From Rhodospirillales bacterium (lineage in GTDB: Bacteria > Pseudomonadota > Alphaproteobacteria > MPNO01 > UBA2964), in NCBI GenBank assembly GCA_038116945.1, contig JAYOEY010000003.1, forward strand, positions 128,662-192,661: 64,000 bases of DNA, written 5' to 3'. Of the stretch, positions 18,830 through 27,438 are shown one piece after another. The stretch's first letter is position 1. Every line of letters begins with the position of its first letter. The notes beneath the pieces are model-generated. The model ran no database searches and was not told the origin of the DNA. It saw only the letters and a program-made list of their open reading frames with translations. Made by a program: the position numbers and the translations under genes.

Positions 18830-19648
18830 CTACTGACCGAACAGGCCCTTGATGGACTTGGTGGCATCGTCGACCGCCTTGCCGGCGCCCGAATCGTCCA
18901 TCATTTTCTTGGCGCCGTCGCCGGCCCCTTCCATCATCTTCTTCGCGCCCTCAACCGCGTCCTTGGCCATCTTGACCGCGGAATCGAGCCCCTGCTTGCC
19001 GACGCCGGCGATCTTGCCGGTAATCTCGTCCATCAGCTTGCTGGCGACTTCGCCCGGCGACGCGCCCTTTTCTTTCTTGCCGATATCCTTCAGATGGATG
19101 TCCGGCAACGGGACCGTGACGGTCTTGCCGAGAAGCAGCGGCGAATTCAGCGCCACCTTGCCGTCCCGGACATAGAGATTTTCAATGATGATCTTGGGGC
19201 CGCCTTCTTTCTTTTTCGTTTCCTGTTTGCCGCCGCCCGCGCCGAGCGACTTGGCGTAGGCATCGACATTTTTCTGGATCACGTCGAAATTGCTGCCGCC
19301 GCTCCCGCTTTCGTAGGTGATGTCCGGCGCGGCGATCACGACCTCCTTGATTACGATGACGTCGCTGGTGACCGTGCCGGGATCGATCTTGACGCTGACC
19401 GTGCCGAAGCTCATCGCCTTGTCGGTCTTGAATCCCGCCGGGTTGCCCATGCGGAATCCGTTAAGCGCGGCCGAGCCTTCCTTGAGCTTGAGTTGAACGC
19501 CGCTGAGCGAAACCTGGGTCTTGGTCGCTTCGGAGCCGTATTTCTCCACCGCGGCCTTGATGATCGAATCGAGATTGCCGAGCGTGTACCAGATGCCGGC
19601 GCCTGCGACGACGACGACCACGACCAGACCGATCATAATTTTCTTCAT
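18830..19648 (-). CDS. Membrane-anchored AsmA/DUF748-like protein
   Basis: N-terminal TM helix followed by a beta-rich region (NPAGF, LPDIHLKDIG) and a K/A/G-rich tail ending GLFGQ. Confidence 0.6.
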   Translation of the reverse strand: MKKIMIGLVVVVVVAGAGIWYTLGNLDSIIKAAVEKYGSEATKTQVSLSGVQLKLKEGSAALNGFRMGNPAGFKTDKAMSFGTVSVKIDPGTVTSDVIVIKEVVIAAPDITYESGSGGSNFDVIQKNVDAYAKSLGAGGGKQETKKKEGGPKIIIENLYVRDGKVALNSPLLLGKTVTVPLPDIHLKDIGKKEKGASPGEVASKLMDEITGKIAGVGKQGLDSAVKMAKDAVEGAKKMMEGAGDGAKKMMDDSGAGKAVDDATKSIKGLFGQ

Positions 19649-19853
19649 GTCTTTCTTACTCTAAATCCGTGGACGGAAGGCGGAGCACACTCCCCGGAGT
19701 CTCGCCACTTACCGCTGCCATTGTAAGGCCGAATCGCGCGCGGGTCATGGGTTCTTTGCGGGACAGACACGCCCCTGAAATCCGGGTTCCGCGGATTTGA
19801 CAGATCGAACCGCCGGTTCGATGCTCTGTCCTGCACGAGAAGAAAGGGGATTC

Positions 19854-20222
19854 ATGTTCAGGCGAATCGATCACGTCGCGCTGCATGTAACGGATATCGA
19901 CCGTTCCATCGCTTTCTACGAACGGCATTTCGGCTGCGAAACCTATTACGAGCATCGCGCCGGGGCCGGGTTCCGCATCGCCTATCTGCGGCTGGGAGAT
20001 ACGGTCCTCGAACTGACGCACCGGAGCGACGGCGACATGAAGGGCTTTCATTTCTGTTTTGAAACGGACGATTTCGACGGCGCCGTCGCCGCGATGGAGA
20101 CGGCCGGGATCGAATGTCTCCAGCCGCCGCACGACACGGATGCGCGCGAAGCCCGGGAAACCGGCTGGCGCCGCGTCGTGTTCAAGGGGCCGGACGGCGA
20201 AGCCATCGAGCTGAGGGGATGA
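19854..20222 (+). CDS. VOC/glyoxalase family protein
   Basis: IDHVALHVTDIDRSIAFY, HFCF, FKGPDGEAIEL. Confidence 0.85.
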   Translation: MFRRIDHVALHVTDIDRSIAFYERHFGCETYYEHRAGAGFRIAYLRLGDTVLELTHRSDGDMKGFHFCFETDDFDGAVAAMETAGIECLQPPHDTDAREARETGWRRVVFKGPDGEAIELRG

Positions 20223-20983
20223 CCATGGGAAGACTGGAGGGAAAATCGGCACTCGTCACCGCTGCGGGCGGCGGCATTGCCGGCGCCATTGCGAGACGGT
20301 TCGGGGCGGAAGGCGCTTCCGTCATGTGCGTCGATATCGTCGAGGAGAGCGTTACGAAGACCGCAGGCGACATCGAAAGCGCCGGGGGCCGGGCTGCCTG
20401 GTCGCTCTGCGACGTCAGCAAGGAAGATCAGGTCAGGGAACTGATCGGGAAGACCGTCGGCGCGTTCGGCAAGGTGGATATAGTGGTAAATGCGGCCGCC
20501 GCGTCGGAGCCGACCCACACCGTCGTCACCATGCCGCTCGAGGTCTGGCAGGAAGTGCTGGATGTCAACATCACCGGCATGTTCCTGGTCTGCAAATACG
20601 CGATTCCCGAAATGCAGAAATCGGGCGGCGGCTGTTTTATCAATATCTCCTCGACCTTCGGCAGCATCGCCTGGCCGGGTCGGCCCGCCTACATGGCCAC
20701 GAAGGCGGCCGTCAAACAGATCACCCGTTCGGTAGCGCTCGATTTCGCAGGCGACAATATCCGCGCCAACGCGATTTCGCCGGGCGCGATCGAGACAAAC
20801 CGCCTGCTGGCCCGCACGCCGACCATGGACGCCGTGCGGGAAAAGATGGTGCCGCTGCACCCGATCGGCCGGCTCGGTCAGCCGGACGACATCGCCAACG
20901 CAGCGCTGTTCCTCGCCAGCGACGAGTCCTCTTTCATGACCGGCGCCGACATGTTCGTCGACGGCGGTTTCACCATGATCTGA
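20219..20983 (+). CDS. Short-chain dehydrogenase/reductase (SDR) 1
   Basis: VNAAA, NISS, YMATK, NAISPG. Start at 20219 (ATGA overlap) or 20225. Confidence 0.88.
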   Translation: MTMGRLEGKSALVTAAGGGIAGAIARRFGAEGASVMCVDIVEESVTKTAGDIESAGGRAAWSLCDVSKEDQVRELIGKTVGAFGKVDIVVNAAAASEPTHTVVTMPLEVWQEVLDVNITGMFLVCKYAIPEMQKSGGGCFINISSTFGSIAWPGRPAYMATKAAVKQITRSVALDFAGDNIRANAISPGAIETNRLLARTPTMDAVREKMVPLHPIGRLGQPDDIANAALFLASDESSFMTGADMFVDGGFTMI

Positions 20984-21009
20984 ACACCAAATCCTCAGGG
21001 AGAGAATTA

Positions 21010-21768
21010 ATGGGATTGCTTGACGGGAAGGTCGCGTTCGTTACCGCCGCGGGCGGCAATATCGCCGGCGCGACCGCGCGGCTGTTTGCCGAAGAAGGCG
21101 CGGCGGTCGCCTGCGCCGACGTCGCCGAGGAAGACGTGAGAAAAACCGCCGCCGATATCGAAGCGGCGGGCGGACGCGCCATCGCCATGGTCTGCGACGT
21201 CACCGACGAAGACGCGGTAAAGGAGTGCATCGCCCGAACGGTTGCCGAGCTCGGGCCGCTCACCACCCTGTTCAATGCCGCGGCGCATTCCGAACAGCGA
21301 TTCAAGGTCGCCGACATGCCGGTCGACATGTGGCGCAGGACCATCGATGTGGACCTGACGGGCATGTTCATCGTCTGCAAGTACGCCATTCCGGAGATTC
21401 TGAAGGCGGGCGGCGGATCGATCGTCAACATCTCCTCGACCTACGGCAAGATCGCCGCGGCGGAACGGCCGGCCTACTGTTCCGCCAAGGGCGGGGTCCG
21501 GATGCTGACCAAATCCATCGCCGTGGATTACGCCGCCGACAATATACGCTGCAACTCGATCCTGCCCGGCCCGATCGAAGGACCGCGCATGCTGCAGCGC
21601 AACCCGTCGATCGAGGCGGTGGTCGCACGCCACGGCCAGCGGCTTCACTTCAAGCGGCTGGGACAGTCGATCGAGATCGCGCGCACGGCGCTGTTTCTCG
21701 CGAGCGACGAATCCAGCTACACCAACGGCGCCGACATGGCGGTCGACGCCGGCTATACGGCGTTCTGA
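21010..21768 (+). CDS. SDR 2
   Basis: MGLLDGKVAFVTAAGG, NISS, YCSAK, NSILPG. Confidence 0.88.
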   Translation: MGLLDGKVAFVTAAGGNIAGATARLFAEEGAAVACADVAEEDVRKTAADIEAAGGRAIAMVCDVTDEDAVKECIARTVAELGPLTTLFNAAAHSEQRFKVADMPVDMWRRTIDVDLTGMFIVCKYAIPEILKAGGGSIVNISSTYGKIAAAERPAYCSAKGGVRMLTKSIAVDYAADNIRCNSILPGPIEGPRMLQRNPSIEAVVARHGQRLHFKRLGQSIEIARTALFLASDESSYTNGADMAVDAGYTAF

Positions 21769-21782
21769 GGGGGAGACGGACC

Positions 21783-22541
21783 ATGAAACGGCTTGAAGGA
21801 AAAATCGCATTCGTCACCGCCGCAGGAGGCGCCATCGCGGGCGCAACGGCGCGGCTGTTCGGCGCGGAAGGCGCGGCGGTCGCCTGTGTCGATATCGCAC
21901 GGGAAAACGTCGAGCAGACAGCCGCGGACATCGTCGAGGCCGGCGGACGGGCGATCCCGCTGGTGTGCGACGTGACCGACGAAGATTCAGTGAAGGAAGC
22001 GGTCGCGAAAACGGTAGCGGAATTCGGCGGACTGACGACCGTGTTCAACGCCGCCGCCTATCGCGACCCGGCCGCGCCGGCGCTCGAAATCGACGTCGCA
22101 ACCTGGCGCAAGACCCTCGACGTCAACGTGACCGGCATGTTTATCGTTATTCAGCAGGCCATTCCGCACATGCAGAAGGCGGGCGGCGGTTCGATCGTCA
22201 ATATCTCGTCGATCTACGGAGCGCGCGTCGCGAAGCGGCGGCCGGCCTATTCCGCTTCGAAGGCGGCGGTTCGGCTGCTGACTCAATCCATCGCCGTCGA
22301 TTACGCCGAAGACAATATCCGCTGCAACGCGATCCTGCCGGGTCCCATCGCAACCTCTCGGCTGCTGATCACCAACAACTCGTTCGAAGCGGTCGCCGAA
22401 CGCCACAGGCCTCACCTGCCGGCAGGCAGGCTCGGCCAGCCCGAAGAAATCGCCCGCACCGCGCTGTTCCTGGCGAGCGACGCCTCCAGCTTCACCACCG
22501 GCGCCGACCATTTCGTCGACGGCGGTTACAACGCGATGTAA
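21783..22541 (+). CDS. SDR 3
   Basis: MKRLEGKIAFVTAAGG, NISS, YSASK, NAILPG. Confidence 0.88.
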   Translation: MKRLEGKIAFVTAAGGAIAGATARLFGAEGAAVACVDIARENVEQTAADIVEAGGRAIPLVCDVTDEDSVKEAVAKTVAEFGGLTTVFNAAAYRDPAAPALEIDVATWRKTLDVNVTGMFIVIQQAIPHMQKAGGGSIVNISSIYGARVAKRRPAYSASKAAVRLLTQSIAVDYAEDNIRCNAILPGPIATSRLLITNNSFEAVAERHRPHLPAGRLGQPEEIARTALFLASDASSFTTGADHFVDGGYNAM

Positions 22542-22555
22542 ACCGCCCCGATCCC

Positions 22556-23209
22556 ATGACCGACGCACCGCCCTACATCTGCTATCCCGGAACCGTCAAA
22601 GCGGAAATGTGCGATCGGATCATCGCGCTCGGCGAAAAGCTCCAGTTCGGCAGGGCGCAGGTCGTGGATTACGATCAGGGTTCCTACAAGGGGGATACGC
22701 GCAAGGGACGCATCGCGTTTTTCCCGCACGAGCCGCAGTACGGTTTCATTTATGACGGGCTCAGCTACTTCACCGACCGCGCCAACCGGGAAAAATGGAA
22801 CTTCGAACTGGTTGGCCTGCTGCCGCTCCAGTATTCGATCTACAGCCGGGGCGACTTCTTCAACTGGCACCGCGATACGCTGAGCGCGCCGCAGGACCCG
22901 AGCAGGGACGGCCCGCCTTTGGTGCGCAAGCTGAGCTTTTCGCTGCAACTGTCGGAGCCCCACGATTACGTGGGCGGCGATTTCGAGGTCAAGTCCGAGG
23001 AAAAATACGAAAACCGGGAAGCATGGAGCCGCATGCGGGAACGCGGATCCTTCATCATTTTTCCGTCAGCAACGGTTCATCGCGTCACGCCGGTGGTATT
23101 CGGGGAAAGGCGCTCGCTCGTCGGCTGGGTTCTTGGCGTGGCGTCGGAAGAAGATATGAAGCATGACAAGTGGGGGACCGGCGCGGAGGACAGGGCCGAT
23201 TCCGCCTGA
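22556..23209 (+). CDS. 2OG-Fe(II) oxygenase (PKHD/prolyl-hydroxylase-like)
   Basis: WHRD (HxD), RKLSFSLQLS, GGDF, FPSATVHRVTPV..GERRSLVGW. Confidence 0.85.
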   Translation: MTDAPPYICYPGTVKAEMCDRIIALGEKLQFGRAQVVDYDQGSYKGDTRKGRIAFFPHEPQYGFIYDGLSYFTDRANREKWNFELVGLLPLQYSIYSRGDFFNWHRDTLSAPQDPSRDGPPLVRKLSFSLQLSEPHDYVGGDFEVKSEEKYENREAWSRMRERGSFIIFPSATVHRVTPVVFGERRSLVGWVLGVASEEDMKHDKWGTGAEDRADSA

Positions 23210-23221
23210 CCTGGCGCGGCG

Positions 23222-24388
23222 CTAGCCCAGCTTCGTATCCCGGTATTTCTCGATTTTGCCTTCATCGATCTCGATACCGAACCCGGGACCGTCGGGAACG
23301 ACGACCCGGCCGTCTTCGAGGCGGAACGGCTCGCGGATGAGATCGTCAACGTAATAAATGCCGCCGACATTGCCCGACTGCGCCTCGGCCGGCATCGACA
23401 CCGGCACGACGCAGGAAAGCGTGACGGGAATCGCCGCCGCCGCAAGATGGATGTTGGCGAGATTGCCGACACCGGTTTCGACCGATCCGTTGACATTGCA
23501 GGGGAACAGCGCCGCCCGCGCCGCTGCCGCTACCTCCATGGCGCCGTACAGCCCGCCCGGCTTGGTGGTGTAGATCGAGACGATCTCCGCCGCCCGCCGT
23601 TCGAATATTTCCAGCACGTCGCGCGCGGTCCATGCCGATTCATCCGCCATCACGGGCGTCGCGATGCCGCGTGCGACCTCGGCCATCCGGTCGATTCCCT
23701 CGACCGGCTGTTCCGCGTATTTGAGGCGGTAATCCTCCATCGCGCGGATAATGCGGATGGCGTCGTGCGGAGTGGCGTAGCCGCAATTCGCATCGACGCA
23801 GAGGTCGATATCGTCCCCCACCGCCTCGCGTACCCGACGGACGATTTCCACGTCGCGTAACGGATCTACTCCGACCTTGATCTTGATGGTACGGATTCCC
23901 TCGTCGACCACCTGGCGGCATTCCTCTACCGCCTGATCGATATCGAGCAGTCCGATGGAATGGGTCACCGGCACACGGTCGCGGACCCGCCCTCCGAGAA
24001 GCTGCCAGACCGGAACGCCGAGCGTACGCCCGGCCAGGTCGTATGCGGCAATATCCACCGCCGCCTTGGCGTAGGGATAGCCCTTGACGATGGCGTCCAT
24101 GCGCCGGTGCAGGTCGGCGATGTTGCCGACCTCGCAGCCGATTACCGCGGGCGCCAGATAGGTCTGGACAACGAATTTCGTCGTCCCGGGCGATTCGCCG
24201 AAATAGCGTCCGTAATCGCCGCCCCAATCCTTGAGCGCCGGCGCTTCGCCCCAGCCGACCGTGCCGTCGTCGCCCGCCATCCGGACAAGCATGTAGCCGC
24301 CGATGGGCTCTGTAAGACCGGTCCATTTGTGTTCGCGGCGCGTCGGCAGAGCGACGTGGACGAGATCTATCTTTTCAATGGCTGGCAT
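23222..24388 (-). CDS. Enolase superfamily, muconate-cycloisomerase subgroup
   Basis: GWGEA, KxK (IKIKVG) and metal ligands DAN / EQP / DES. Start moved to MPAIEK. Confidence 0.85.
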   Translation of the reverse strand: MPAIEKIDLVHVALPTRREHKWTGLTEPIGGYMLVRMAGDDGTVGWGEAPALKDWGGDYGRYFGESPGTTKFVVQTYLAPAVIGCEVGNIADLHRRMDAIVKGYPYAKAAVDIAAYDLAGRTLGVPVWQLLGGRVRDRVPVTHSIGLLDIDQAVEECRQVVDEGIRTIKIKVGVDPLRDVEIVRRVREAVGDDIDLCVDANCGYATPHDAIRIIRAMEDYRLKYAEQPVEGIDRMAEVARGIATPVMADESAWTARDVLEIFERRAAEIVSIYTTKPGGLYGAMEVAAAARAALFPCNVNGSVETGVGNLANIHLAAAAIPVTLSCVVPVSMPAEAQSGNVGGIYYVDDLIREPFRLEDGRVVVPDGPGFGIEIDEGKIEKYRDTKLG

Positions 24389-24540
24389 GTCGGTTTCAGT
24401 CTGATGGGCGGCCGGAATCGTGTCAATGCGGCAACAAGGCCGTTTATTCGGGATGTTTTCGACCGCGGATTCCGATCCGTTAACACTATTTTTACGCTTG
24501 TCTTCGTAAATCGTTAACGGACGCCGGTTCAACGGGAATT

Positions 24541-26535
24541 GTGCTTTTGCGATTTAAATTCATGCCAGAACGCTGCCGCTGCCGCCATCGAAGGGGCCTT
24601 CGAGGCCGCTTCCGTGCATTGTTTGTTGCCGTTGTCCTGGGACCGCTGATCGCTTTGTCGGCAACGGCGGAGAAACTCGAGCATCGCACCGATTCTTCCG
24701 GCGGCGCGCAACGACCGGCGCAACCGCGCATCCTGTTTCTTGCCTCCTACCACCCGTCCTTTCCGTCATTCCGGCCTCAGCTCGAAGGGCTGGAAAAGGG
24801 CCTCGAGGAGAACGGCCTGAAACCGGCCAGCTACATTCTCGATGTCGAATTCATGGACAGCAAGCGGTTCGACGTTTCGGATCGGGAACGCTTAGTCGAA
24901 AACGACCTGTTTGAGAAATTCAGGCGGCTCAAACCATACAACCTGCTTGTCGTCGCCGACGACAACGCGCTGCGCTTCGCGATTTCCCGCCAGGACACGC
25001 TGTTCGCCGGAATGAACATCGTCTTCATGAGCGTCAACAATATCCGACTCGCCCTGGCGCAGAACGACAACCCGAGAATTGTGGGCGTCATCGAAAAGCG
25101 GTCGGTCGGCGAAACCCTGGCGCTTGCGCGAAAGCTGTTTGGAAATTCCGGCCCGATCCATACCCTGTCGGACAACACCCGAACCGGCCGCATCAATCAG
25201 CGCCTGCTCGAAGAATTGCTGGAAAAGCGGACCGACCTCGGACCGGTCCGAATTCATTCCCTCAACGATTACACCTATGACGGGATGTTCGAGTTGCTCA
25301 GGCGGATCCCGCCAACCGAACCTCTGATGCTGGGTAACCCCTCGCGCGACTACACCGGCCAGTCTCTTGAACTGAACGAATTTCTGGTGCGCGTCAGGAA
25401 GGTCTTTCTCGGCCCCATCCTGGTCACGCAATACCACGGCTTCGGGCTCGGCGCTCTTGGCGGCCGGATCGTCAGCCATTTCGAGCAAGGACGGGCAGCA
25501 GCGTCGCTGGCGGCAAGAATCCTGAACGGCGAATCTCCGAAAAACTTGCGGGTGATTACCGACAGCCCGAACGTTTACATGTTCGACCATCGGGAACTCG
25601 ATCGGCTGGGCATTACAACCGACCTGCTGCCGGACGACGCGATCATCCTCAACCGGCCGACATCGATTCTCGACGATTATGCCCATTGGGTGATCGGCGG
25701 CGCGGCGGCAATCCTGTTGCAGCTCGCTCTCATCATGTCCCTGCTGAAAGCCCTGGCGCTGAGGCGGAAATCCGCTGCGGCATTGAAGGAAGCGGCCAAA
25801 CTCGCACAGGCCGCCAATCACGCAAAATCCGCGTTTCTGTCCAACATGAGCCACGAACTCAGAACACCGCTCAACTCCATTATCGGTTTCTCGAACCTGA
25901 TGTCGAAGCAGGTGCTCGGTCCAATGAACAAAGAAAAATATCTCGAATTCGCGGGCGACATAAAAGAAAGCGGCCGGCACCTGCTCAACCTGGTCAACGG
26001 CATTCTCGACCTGTCCAAGATCGAAGTCGGAAAGATGTCGATGGCGGAGACCAGATTTTCCATCGACCGGCTCGTGAGCGACTGTCTGACGGTCGTCGAA
26101 CCGCTCGCGGACGCCGCCCGGGTCGAACTGTTTCGGGACCTGCTGCCGGGCATCTCGGTCACCGGAGACGAAACCAAGATCAAGCAGGTACTGATCAACG
26201 TGCTGAGCAACGCAATCAAGTTCACGGGGCCGGGCGGCCGGATCACGGTCTCGACCGGCTTCGACGACCGTGACCGCTTTCGGATATCGGTCCAGGACAC
26301 CGGAATCGGCATGACCGAGGACGAGATCGCAACGGCAATGACGGTCTTCGGCCAGGTCGAAAATCACCTGACGAAGACGCGCGAGGGAACCGGACTCGGC
26401 CTGCCGCTGGCGCGCAGGCTTACGGAACTGCATGACGGACAGCTCGACGTCGCCAGTAAAAAGGGAGAGGGCACGACTGTTTCGGTTGTCCTGCCCGCCC
26501 ACCGTATCGTGCCGCAGGCGATGCGCGCGGCGTAA
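24541..26535 (+). CDS. Membrane sensor histidine kinase with periplasmic substrate-binding-like domain
   Basis: H-box FLSNMSHELRTPLN, N-box NVLSNAIKF, DTGIG, GTGLGL, with a TM segment before HisKA. Start uncertain. Confidence 0.88.
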   Translation: MLLRFKFMPERCRCRHRRGLRGRFRALFVAVVLGPLIALSATAEKLEHRTDSSGGAQRPAQPRILFLASYHPSFPSFRPQLEGLEKGLEENGLKPASYILDVEFMDSKRFDVSDRERLVENDLFEKFRRLKPYNLLVVADDNALRFAISRQDTLFAGMNIVFMSVNNIRLALAQNDNPRIVGVIEKRSVGETLALARKLFGNSGPIHTLSDNTRTGRINQRLLEELLEKRTDLGPVRIHSLNDYTYDGMFELLRRIPPTEPLMLGNPSRDYTGQSLELNEFLVRVRKVFLGPILVTQYHGFGLGALGGRIVSHFEQGRAAASLAARILNGESPKNLRVITDSPNVYMFDHRELDRLGITTDLLPDDAIILNRPTSILDDYAHWVIGGAAAILLQLALIMSLLKALALRRKSAAALKEAAKLAQAANHAKSAFLSNMSHELRTPLNSIIGFSNLMSKQVLGPMNKEKYLEFAGDIKESGRHLLNLVNGILDLSKIEVGKMSMAETRFSIDRLVSDCLTVVEPLADAARVELFRDLLPGISVTGDETKIKQVLINVLSNAIKFTGPGGRITVSTGFDDRDRFRISVQDTGIGMTEDEIATAMTVFGQVENHLTKTREGTGLGLPLARRLTELHDGQLDVASKKGEGTTVSVVLPAHRIVPQAMRAA

Positions 26536-26583
26536 CGCCAAAATCCGCCAGGCGCTTTCCCGACGGGCGAACGCCGTGCGATA

Positions 26584-27438
26584 ATGTTTCCCGCCATGGG
26601 AGACTATCTGCAACCGACCGACCTTGACGATGCGCTGAACGCATTGGCCGAACGCCGCCTGACGGTGCTGGCGGGCGGAACCGATCTGTATCCGGCGCGG
26701 GTAGCAAGGCCGTTCGAGGAAGACATTCTCGATATCTCCCGGCTCAATTCCCTGCGCGGCATCGAGGAACGGGACGACCATTTCCGGATCGGCGCGCTGA
26801 CCACCTGGACGGACATTATCCACGCCGACCTGCCGCCGATGTTCGACGCGCTTAGATCGGCCGCCCGGGAAGTCGGCGGCGTGCAGGTTCAGAATGCCGG
26901 CACCGTCGCGGGAAACATCTGCAACGCTTCGCCCGCCGCGGACGGCGTGCCGCCGCTGCTGGCGCTCGATGCCGAACTGGAAACCGCGTCGGTGCGCGGC
27001 AGGGCAATCATTCCGGTCGAAAAATTCATCATCAGCAACCGCCAGACCAGGCGGGCGGAAGACGAGATCGTGACCGCCATCCGCGTGCCGAAACAGGAAG
27101 GCGATGCAACCAGCGCCTTTCTGAAACTGGGCGCGCGGCGCTATCTGGTGATCTCCATCGCCATGGTTGCCGCGGTGCTGGTCCGCGGCGGCGACGGAAA
27201 CGTATCGAGCGCCCGGATCGCCGTCGGGTCCTGTTCGTCCAAGGCCCAGCGTCTTCGGCTGCTGGAGCGCGCGCTGACCGGCCAGCCCGTATCGCCGGCT
27301 CTGGCCGACATCGCCGAACCGGCGCACCTGTCCCGTCTTGCGCCCATCGACGACGTCCGGGGCACCGCGGAATACCGGCTGGATGCCGCGCTCACGCTGA
27401 TCCGCAGGGCGCTTGCTTCTCTGGGGGGCGGCGCATGA
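26584..27438 (+). CDS. Molybdenum hydroxylase FAD-binding (medium) subunit
   Basis: AGGTDL, QVQNAGTVAGNICNASPAAD, PIDDVRGTAEYR. Confidence 0.88.
   Translation: MFPAMGDYLQPTDLDDALNALAERRLTVLAGGTDLYPARVARPFEEDILDISRLNSLRGIEERDDHFRIGALTTWTDIIHADLPPMFDALRSAAREVGGVQVQNAGTVAGNICNASPAADGVPPLLALDAELETASVRGRAIIPVEKFIISNRQTRRAEDEIVTAIRVPKQEGDATSAFLKLGARRYLVISIAMVAAVLVRGGDGNVSSARIAVGSCSSKAQRLRLLERALTGQPVSPALADIAEPAHLSRLAPIDDVRGTAEYRLDAALTLIRRALASLGGGA

Noticed and set aside
20114-23209. Long N-terminal extensions of the SDR and 2OG ORFs in the ORF track (289, 480, 438 and 414 aa)
   Set aside because: The extensions are off-frame overlaps with the preceding gene. The real starts are at 20219/20225, 21010, 21783 and 22556.
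24892-27327. 811-aa - strand ORF
   Set aside because: Antisense to the histidine kinase and FAD subunit genes.
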